DNA of 58,232 bases, taken from the NCBI GenBank assembly GCA_015056005.1, contig SVHB01000005.1, positions 1-58,232 of the forward strand. The letters run 5' to 3'. Shown here in pieces: positions 10,745 to 17,750 of the stretch. This DNA comes from Clostridiales bacterium (GTDB taxonomy: Bacteria; Bacillota; Clostridia; Christensenellales; UBA1750). How positions within the stretch are numbered: the first letter of the stretch is position 1; every line of letters starts with the position of its first letter. Under the pieces are notes generated by a model, which ran no database searches, was not told the origin of the DNA, and was given only the letters and a program-made list of their open reading frames with translations. A program made the position numbers and the translations under genes.

Positions 10745-11638
10745 GTGAAAGAGCGTAAAATCACGAATGAAATGTTAGATGCCTTTTTGCATGGAGAACT
10801 TCATCCGCTCTTAGAGGCTGTTAAGAAAGATGACACATTAGATTTAGAACTTCGTGGAAACTCTGTTAACATTTATTACAGAGGCGGAAGCCTATTTAAG
10901 ATCACGGAGAAAAAAGGAAATTATACAGTATTCTTCAACAAGAAATATTGTATGACCGACAACTCTGTTCTTGAAGAGTACCCTGATGTCAAATCAGCTG
11001 TTGATAACATTCCTTTTTATAAACAGGCGATGGATTGGTGGTTCCATGAGCACCCCAAATATGAAAGAGAGTTTCAGCAAGTCATTGCCCGTGAAAACAA
11101 CAACCTCGGAAATATTTCCAGAGGAACTGACTACTATATTGTGGATATAGAGTATGCCAACAAAGTCGATGTTGCTGACAAATCAGCACGATTCGATATG
11201 GTAGCTCTAAAGTGGCTCTCTGATGGAGCAACTCGAAAAGATGTCAAAAAGGTATCACTGGCTCTTGTTGAAGTAAAGTTTGGTAACGGCGCATTGCAGG
11301 GCAAAGCTGGCGTTAGCGATCATCTTAAAGATTTCCAGCGTTTTCTGTCCGATCAAAATTTCTTCAAAGAGTTTTGTGAAGATATGTCTGTCGTATTTGC
11401 TCAAAAGTGCCAATTAGGTCTGGTGGATGGATTGCAGAAAAAACAGTTTGAAGTGAAAATCAGCTGTGAAAATCCGGAAGTCATTTTCGTGTTTGCCAAC
11501 CATGATCCCGATAGCAAAATACTTGATAATATTTTGCTATGCAATGAACTTAAAACTTGTTCATTCCCCGTACTGATTGCCAATGCATCGAGCATGGGAT
11601 ACTGCCTCTATGCTGATCAGCTTACGAAAATAAATTAA
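10745..11638 (+). CDS. Putative PD-(D/E)XK nuclease-fold protein
   Basis: GTG start; EREFQQ helix, then IVDIEY, RFDMVAL and LVEVKFG in nuclease motif order. Confidence 0.65.
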   Translation: MKERKITNEMLDAFLHGELHPLLEAVKKDDTLDLELRGNSVNIYYRGGSLFKITEKKGNYTVFFNKKYCMTDNSVLEEYPDVKSAVDNIPFYKQAMDWWFHEHPKYEREFQQVIARENNNLGNISRGTDYYIVDIEYANKVDVADKSARFDMVALKWLSDGATRKDVKKVSLALVEVKFGNGALQGKAGVSDHLKDFQRFLSDQNFFKEFCEDMSVVFAQKCQLGLVDGLQKKQFEVKISCENPEVIFVFANHDPDSKILDNILLCNELKTCSFPVLIANASSMGYCLYADQLTKIN

Positions 11639-11718
11639 AAGTTTTTTAACCCTACCACCCTGTTGTCGTGGCGGTTTGCTATACTGTTTGCAAACGAACA
11701 CAACAGGAGGATTTTCTC

Positions 11719-12042
11719 ATGAATAACCAAGGTGAGAACCGCAGCAAAACAGGCGACGATCTTGTTTGTCCAAACTGCGGTGGTCATCAAGTGCGATGGG
11801 TTCCCTATCCCAAGATCGAGTTCGGCTCGATGTTTATTCTTTGGCTCATTATTTCTTTGATAACGGTCAAGGGTACGATCATCGTATTTGTCGCAGGCGC
11901 AGTTTATTGGAGCATAGCATTGGTAATTCGTCTGAAGCAAAACAGCCGTGCAAACCTTGTGAATCGGATGCACTGCGACACTTGCGGCGTAAATTTTGAA
12001 GTGGATAAGAATATTTTTTCGGAAGGAGGTCAGAAGAAATGA
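11719..12042 (+). CDS. Small membrane protein with a split zinc ribbon (LITAF-like layout)
   Basis: ATG 11719 behind AGGAGG; CPNC, two hydrophobic helices, then CDTC. Confidence 0.75.
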   Translation: MNNQGENRSKTGDDLVCPNCGGHQVRWVPYPKIEFGSMFILWLIISLITVKGTIIVFVAGAVYWSIALVIRLKQNSRANLVNRMHCDTCGVNFEVDKNIFSEGGQKK

Positions 12043-12647
12043 GGGGAGAACATCGCATTATTACATTTGGCTTGACGGATGAACAAAACGAAATCGTCAA
12101 AGCCAATATTCCGGCGAGAGATTACGAGGTGTTTGATACCGATGCCCCAACCGATATCATTGCCATAGGAAGTATTGCAACGGTCATTCAGGCATCTGAA
12201 CTGGATGAAGATTCTGTTGGTATGCTGTTTGACTATTACACGCAGATCAACGGCTGCACAGATGAAACAGTTATTTGGCTCGGTGATCCAAAGCCTCCGA
12301 AGGAACTCCAAAAATTCTTCAGGTGCTATCCTTCCTTTGCTGACATTGAGGATAAGCTGAAATATCTTCTTGTGAACGCACATTCCAAAAGCAAGAAAGC
12401 GGCGGACTACAGTGAGAAACTGGTAAATGGACTTTTGATTCTGTCAATCATTCGTAAGAAACCGGGTGTCACGACAAAAGAACTTTCGGAAAAAGTCAGC
12501 TTACCTATCCGCAGCGTTCAACGGTATATTGCGGCATTACAGGCTACCGGAGAATGGCTTGAGTATGACAGAACCCTGAAAGGATGGAAGCTGTCTTATG
12601 GCGTTTCCATGCTGTTCGGGGATGTATGGGACGGTGAAATCAAATGA
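12039..12647 (+). CDS. Protein with an alpha/beta (pseudo-receiver-like) N-domain and a C-terminal winged HTH
   Basis: VTTKELSEKVSLPIRSVQRYIAAL HTH with wing LEYDRTLKGWKL; ATGA overlap with the upstream gene. Confidence 0.75.
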   Translation: MRGEHRIITFGLTDEQNEIVKANIPARDYEVFDTDAPTDIIAIGSIATVIQASELDEDSVGMLFDYYTQINGCTDETVIWLGDPKPPKELQKFFRCYPSFADIEDKLKYLLVNAHSKSKKAADYSEKLVNGLLILSIIRKKPGVTTKELSEKVSLPIRSVQRYIAALQATGEWLEYDRTLKGWKLSYGVSMLFGDVWDGEIK

Positions 12648-13825
12648 AAACCATCATACACCGTGGAACTCACCAGATCGGTGGCATCGCTACTGAGATT
12701 CGCACAGAGAATACCCGTATACTCATTGATATGGGTGACGAGCTATCACTTGATCCCGATTTCGTTTCTTCGCCGTTGAATATTCCCGGTGTAACTGATG
12801 CCAACGGAATATGTGATGCCGTCTTCTTCACTCATTACCACGGTGATCACACCGGGCAGATGACACGAATCAGAGATGACATCCCCCTTTACACAGGTGC
12901 TCTTGCAAAAGAGATCATGCAGCTGTCGGCAGAACGCAGTTACCACAAAAATCAGGTCCTTTGTGATAGAATCAAGACGCTCCACACATTCAACGGCGGC
13001 GAAGAATTGATAATCGGTGACATCCGTATCACACCTTGGTCCATCGACCACTCAGCCTGTGACAGTTATCTGTTTCTGATCGAAGCAGATGGCAAGCGCG
13101 TTCTATATACCGGGGATTTTCGGATGCACGGATTTAGAGGCAAGGTTCTGCCGAAGATCCTTCATAAAATCGGAAAGGTTGATGTTCTGGTTACCGAAGG
13201 CACAACCTTGTCCCGACCGGACGAGAAGCCGATGACGGAGCGAGAGCTGCAGCAAAAAGTCAGAGAGTACATGACGCAGTACAAGTATGTTTATGTCATG
13301 TGCGCCTCCACCAATTTGGAGCGTATTTGCGCGCTGTCGAAGGCTGTTCCCAGAGGAAAGTATTTCATTTGCGACGGTTATCAGAAAGCCTTGATGGAGC
13401 TTGTGGAACATCACTGGGGAACGCTGTCGCCGTTATATCGTGATTTGAAGAAAACAGTCTACGGGGACAATATTTTCGAAGCGATGAAAGAACGGGGCTT
13501 CCTAATGACGGTGCGGGACAATCGAGATTTTAGAAATATCATCAGCAAATTTGACAGAGAGAAAAGCATCATGCTGTACTCCATGTGGGACGGCTATCGC
13601 ACGAAACCTGGCAGCACAATCCCTGAATTTTTGAATCTTACCGGTCGTTGGGAACCGCTGCATACCAGCGGTCACGCATCGCACAGTGATCTGAAAAAGG
13701 TAGTTGATATTGCAAACCCGGAGATGGTCGTTCCGATGCACAACGATAATCCCGATATGCTGCAGATACTTTGTCCAGATACAAAAATTAAACTTGTAAA
13801 TGACGGAGAGGAGGTTACGCTATGA
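12644..13825 (+). CDS. RNase J-like metallo-beta-lactamase/beta-CASP nuclease
   Basis: QIGG, IDMG, THYHGDH, DHS, YTGDFR, TEGT, HTSGH and VPMH motifs all present. Confidence 0.9.
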   Translation: MKTIIHRGTHQIGGIATEIRTENTRILIDMGDELSLDPDFVSSPLNIPGVTDANGICDAVFFTHYHGDHTGQMTRIRDDIPLYTGALAKEIMQLSAERSYHKNQVLCDRIKTLHTFNGGEELIIGDIRITPWSIDHSACDSYLFLIEADGKRVLYTGDFRMHGFRGKVLPKILHKIGKVDVLVTEGTTLSRPDEKPMTERELQQKVREYMTQYKYVYVMCASTNLERICALSKAVPRGKYFICDGYQKALMELVEHHWGTLSPLYRDLKKTVYGDNIFEAMKERGFLMTVRDNRDFRNIISKFDREKSIMLYSMWDGYRTKPGSTIPEFLNLTGRWEPLHTSGHASHSDLKKVVDIANPEMVVPMHNDNPDMLQILCPDTKIKLVNDGEEVTL

Positions 13826-14823
13826 TAAAAAACCAGATTCTTTGCCTTGGTCTAAGTCGTGTCGAACTGCAGACACTTTATATCCGCTTCCCAATTCTTT
13901 ATCAGTTCTATCAGGTGCAGAGTGAAGATTTTGACGACATTCAGAAGATCAAAATGATGGTCAGCGAGTCGGTATGTCTCTTTATCAATCCGAAGAAGTT
14001 GAATGGACTGCAACTGAACGACTTGCTTCGGGAGCATAAATATGCAGCGGCGCATACTCACACTTCTGTTCTGTTGTTTACTTCTGCATTTACAAAGGAG
14101 CAGCGCTATGAGGTGGACACGGAAGCTCTCCATCGGGTTGATCTTAAGGCCAGATTTGACAAGACTCTTCGGGACGCTGTGGAATTCATTCGCAAAGCCT
14201 CTATGCCCTGTTGGGATGGATTGAAGCGTATGGAAGGAAATATGTTCAATGATGGTTGGTATTTGCTTGACTTAACCTCTACCGGCCTTGATCCCACATC
14301 TGATGAAGTGATTGCCATCACGATTGCTTTTATGGGTCAGTACGAATTACGAGAAAAAGAGACGATATACATCAAACCTTCTCGCCCGCTGACAGCAGAT
14401 GACGAAGCTATTACCGGTATCACAAACGAGATGCTGGAAAATGGAATGAGCAAGGAAGATGCCGTGTCTTATCTGGATAATCTTCCGCATCCTTCACCTT
14501 TTATCATAGAGACGGAAAAATACGATTATCCGGCCTTGAAGGCACTGTACCATTTCTGCGGAAAGAAATTCGATCATCCTTATATTGCAATTGATGGACT
14601 TGCCGCCATTGCTTTCGGGTACAAATTGCTCAGACGGAGCAGCGATTTGGTGAAAGCGGTATCAGACAAGATGCAGCTATATATTCCGGAAGAAGAAAGA
14701 TATATCGCTGAGCTTTACGCGTTGACGCTTGCGGTATTTGAAAACCTGAGAGACCGATATGATGTTCGATGCCCCGGACAGTTTAAGTCACTCTACTTTG
14801 GCGAAACCCATTGTTGCGACTAA
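13822..14823 (+). CDS. Alpha/beta N-domain fused to a degenerate DnaQ/DEDD exonuclease domain
   Basis: LLDLTSTGLDPTSDEVIAI, IKPSRPL..ITGITNEML and IDGL; ExoI Glu and ExoIII His/Asp not seen. Confidence 0.75.
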   Translation: MIKNQILCLGLSRVELQTLYIRFPILYQFYQVQSEDFDDIQKIKMMVSESVCLFINPKKLNGLQLNDLLREHKYAAAHTHTSVLLFTSAFTKEQRYEVDTEALHRVDLKARFDKTLRDAVEFIRKASMPCWDGLKRMEGNMFNDGWYLLDLTSTGLDPTSDEVIAITIAFMGQYELREKETIYIKPSRPLTADDEAITGITNEMLENGMSKEDAVSYLDNLPHPSPFIIETEKYDYPALKALYHFCGKKFDHPYIAIDGLAAIAFGYKLLRRSSDLVKAVSDKMQLYIPEEERYIAELYALTLAVFENLRDRYDVRCPGQFKSLYFGETHCCD

Positions 14824-14840
14824 CAAGAATAATCCCTTTG

Positions 14841-14966
14841 AAACAAGGGGCGCACTTCTATACAGGGGCAAGCGCTGTATGTGCGCTCTGCAAGGCAGAC
14901 AGCCCGGACGATTGAAGGCTGGCTGTTTTGCATCACTTTGTTCCAAACAAGGGGCTGTACCCCTTG
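14841..14966 (+). other. Putative MOBQ (MobA/MobL)-type origin of transfer
   Basis: Nested inverted repeat GCGCAC..ATACAG/CTGTAT-GTGCGC followed by TCT, resembling the TAAGTGCGCCCT nic motif; second hairpin CAAGGGG/CCCCTTG at 14948-14966. Confidence 0.6.
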
Positions 14967-15030
14967 CGCCGCTGTGCGGCTATCCTAAAAAGGAAAACCT
15001 CTGCATGAATGACTCATGCAGAGGTTTAAG

Positions 15031-15070
15031 TGTTTTATGGCCACCCACCTTATCCGTTCAAGCTTTTTTT
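15031..15070 (-). repeat. Right terminal inverted repeat
   Basis: Reverse complement AAAAAAAGCTTGAACGGATAAGGTGGGTGGCCATAAAACA. Confidence 0.88.
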
Positions 15071-15084
15071 ATAGTATCGTAATC

Positions 15085-15612
15085 TTATTCGGGCTTTTGC
15101 TGTTGACCTTTCCAATCTTTATCAAGAAGACCGTAAAAATGCAAATCAGCCGGGCTGCCGTATTCGTCCTTAGACGCATTGGGCTCTATACATTCAAAAC
15201 GCATACCCAGTTTTTTCATCAGCCCCACCGACTTCACAGTGTCGATCGTTTCTGAAAACACCTTATGGGCGCTTAGCTCAGAAAAAGCATAGTCGATCAC
15301 AGCCTTTAAGGATTCATAGGCAAAGCCCTGTCCCCAGAAGCTGCGGTTAAATATCCAGCCCATTTCATACACGCCCTTTTCCTGCTCGTTGAACAGGATG
15401 TAGCCTATCACCTTTCCGCTTTCCTTATGAACTGCCGCAAAAGCTCCGCTGCGACCGATGCAGAAAGACGCCAGAAAATCCTTTGTTTTTTCGAAGCTGT
15501 ATGCAGGCTCGCAGTTTTTCATCGTCTCTGGGTCGCCCAAAATCTCATAGAGGTCCTGTGCATCCTCAGATATAAAATTGCGTATGATCATTCTCTGTGT
15601 TTCTGTGTACAT
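15085..15612 (-). CDS. GNAT acetyltransferase, RimJ/RimL-like
   Basis: ETQRMIIR, EMGW..WGQGFAYE and KKLGM. Confidence 0.88.
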   Translation of the reverse strand: MYTETQRMIIRNFISEDAQDLYEILGDPETMKNCEPAYSFEKTKDFLASFCIGRSGAFAAVHKESGKVIGYILFNEQEKGVYEMGWIFNRSFWGQGFAYESLKAVIDYAFSELSAHKVFSETIDTVKSVGLMKKLGMRFECIEPNASKDEYGSPADLHFYGLLDKDWKGQQQKPE

Positions 15613-15623
15613 CTTTATACCTC

Positions 15624-16112
15624 TTAATAATCAAACTCATGTTCAAAAACTTTGATCTTCTGCGTCAGCTTTTCGCCTTGGTACGGTTTGCGCACCTCGA
15701 TCAGATTCAAAACAGTATATCCGCGTTTGCGCAGGAATTCTATCATGCTGTGGTTGTTGGGATGAACATAGTTGTAAACGGTATCTTCGCCGTATAAAGC
15801 GGCTGTTTCTTCCGCCTTTTTGTAGAGAGCAGATGCAACACCGCGGCGGCGGTATTCCTCTTTGACAAAAACAGACTCCACCCACACAACTCCGCTGTCC
15901 ACCCGGCAAACCACATAGCCAGCGTATTCATCGTTTACAAGACAAACAAATACCGGAAATTTTGCTTCAAGGTATTCTTCTATTTCCTCCCTGCCTGTTT
16001 CAACGCTGGGTTTGGATATTATTCCTTTATATGAACGCAGCTCCACGCGAAACAGCGCAGCCATTTGTGCAAGCGCATCGTTTGCCTGCCTGACTTCCAA
16101 TACTTGCACCAA
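15624..16112 (-). CDS. GNAT acetyltransferase
   Basis: FVKEEYRRRGVASAL acetyl-CoA motif A; N..MIEF..RGY. Confidence 0.88.
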   Translation of the reverse strand: MVQVLEVRQANDALAQMAALFRVELRSYKGIISKPSVETGREEIEEYLEAKFPVFVCLVNDEYAGYVVCRVDSGVVWVESVFVKEEYRRRGVASALYKKAEETAALYGEDTVYNYVHPNNHSMIEFLRKRGYTVLNLIEVRKPYQGEKLTQKIKVFEHEFDY

Positions 16113-16274
16113 GTCTCACTCCCTTATATAAAATGCAGTTGCTTTGATAATAATAGCACAAAACCATGAATATGACCAATGGTTTGCTTATAAATCGTAC
16201 CTCATCAGCGTTTTGCGCAGCACAGACTGACGACAGTTTTTCCCTTGAAAGCATTTCCGCCGTTTTACTGGGTA

Positions 16275-16381
16275 TTGACTATATCATCAAATCATGGTAA
16301 AATGTATCTAACTTAAAACTTTCTTTTGCGGGAAACATTCTCCCGCAAAAATAAAACCTCAGAGTTAGCAGTGGCTAACTC
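16275..16381 (+). promoter_or_regulatory. Promoter with a palindromic operator upstream of the DUF3793-like gene
   Basis: TTGACT-17-TAAAAT with extended TG; perfect GAGTTAGC-N4-GCTAACTC at 16362-16381. Confidence 0.65.
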
Positions 16382-16401
16382 AAATGAAAGAAGGTGTGCG
16401 A

Positions 16402-16950
16402 ATGTTTGAAGAGATGTTGGTTTTCCACTGCGCCCCCACCCTCGCGGGTATGAAAACGGGCAGCATGTTTTCCGCAAAATATAAAGACGAAAGCGAAATG
16501 CGGCTGAGCCTTTCCGCTCTTAACCGCACGCTGAGGAACAAAGGCATACGGATACTCCCGCTCAGGTTTGATTCCGGCAAAGCGCTGCTTTATATATACC
16601 GCCCGTCAAAGCTCAAAGACGATCTTTGCCGCGAAAGCGCAAAATGCATACTCGAGCCAAACGGCTATAAATGCGCTCATCCCGAAAAATGCATAGTGCA
16701 TCTGATATCAAAGATGCGCCAAAGCGATGATTTTCCTCATGAGATAGGGCTTTTTCTGGGCTATCCTCCCGAGGATGTTCTGGGGTTCATAAATGATCCC
16801 GAGGGCTGCAAATGCGTTGGCTGCTGGAAGGTATATTCCGACGTTGAAAGCGCTCGGAAGCTGTTTGCAAAATACAAAAAATGCACCGATGTTTATCGGC
16901 GCCACCACAAAAACGGAAAAACCATCGAAAAGCTCACTGTAGCGGTATAG
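16402..16950 (+). CDS. DUF3793-family protein
   Basis: HCAPTLAGMK, FPHEIGLFLGYP..DV.GF and G.WKVY; start at ATG 16402 behind GAAGGTG. Confidence 0.85.
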   Translation: MFEEMLVFHCAPTLAGMKTGSMFSAKYKDESEMRLSLSALNRTLRNKGIRILPLRFDSGKALLYIYRPSKLKDDLCRESAKCILEPNGYKCAHPEKCIVHLISKMRQSDDFPHEIGLFLGYPPEDVLGFINDPEGCKCVGCWKVYSDVESARKLFAKYKKCTDVYRRHHKNGKTIEKLTVAV

Positions 16951-17014
16951 CGATTTGATCAAATTGTTTTTCCCAAAGCAAAGCCGCAGATGCAAACGCA
17001 CCTGCGGCTCAATT

Positions 17015-17746
17015 TCAAGTTATCACGAACCCGCCGCTGACGCCTATGACCTGACCGGTTATGAATGATGCACCTTCGCCCGCCAAAAAGAACGCGGTCT
17101 TTGCAACATCACAAGGGGTGCCCAGCCTGCACATCGGGGTCATATCCACAAGCTCAGATATCGTTTCCTTGGAATGCATGCTGTTCATATCGGTATCGAT
17201 AACGCCCGGCGCGATGCAGTTTACGGTGATCCCGCTTGGGCCCACCTCCTGAGCGAGCGCTTTTGTAAAGCCTATGAGCCCTGCCTTTGAAGCGCTGTAA
17301 GCCACCTCGCAGGAAGCGCCAACCTGTCCCCACATGGAGGAGATGTTGATTATCCTGCCGCTTTTTTGCGATATCATGTCTAGGAGCGCAAGCTTCGAAA
17401 GCAAAAACGCGCTGTCAAGATTGACCGCCATCATCTCCCGCCAGTCTTCATATGTGGTATCGTTTATCATTTTCTGCATCGATATGCCCGCGTTGTTTAC
17501 AAGCACTTCGATCACACCGATGCTTTCCTTCGCCTTTACAAACAAGGCTTGTGTATCGGAGATGTTTTTCAAATCCGCTTTTATGGCGGCTATCTGACCG
17601 GGGAATTCCTCCGCAAGCTCAAAAGCACTGCTTTCATTCTTGTTATAGCTTATCGCCACCCGCCAGCCGTTTTGAGCAAACTCTCTTGCAATAGCTTTTC
17701 CTATGCCACGGCTGCCGCCTGTTATGAGCACGGTTTTCCTTGACAT
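17015..17746 (-). CDS. ymfI: FabG-like SDR oxidoreductase, YmfI-type
   Basis: TGGSRGIG, NNAG and SSMWGQVGASCEVAYSASK. Confidence 0.75.
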   Translation of the reverse strand: MSRKTVLITGGSRGIGKAIAREFAQNGWRVAISYNKNESSAFELAEEFPGQIAAIKADLKNISDTQALFVKAKESIGVIEVLVNNAGISMQKMINDTTYEDWREMMAVNLDSAFLLSKLALLDMISQKSGRIINISSMWGQVGASCEVAYSASKAGLIGFTKALAQEVGPSGITVNCIAPGVIDTDMNSMHSKETISELVDMTPMCRLGTPCDVAKTAFFLAGEGASFITGQVIGVSGGFVIT

Positions 17747-17750
17747 AGCC

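Larger units (their letters stand above)
10218..15070. mobile_element. Non-autonomous inserted element with terminal inverted repeats, an oriT-like site and six cargo ORFs
   Basis: Inverted repeats 10218-10257 and 15031-15070 (35/40); ATAGT at 10213-10217 and 15071-15075; visibly more AT-rich codon use than the flanks; no recombinase gene. Confidence 0.85.

Noticed and set aside
14759-15082. 107-aa ORF over the right end of the element
   Set aside because: Overlaps the oriT-like site, hairpins and terminal repeat; no RBS or protein-like motif
15085-16112. GNAT pair as element cargo or a toxin-antitoxin pair
   Set aside because: Outside the right repeat and direct repeat; no antitoxin-like partner
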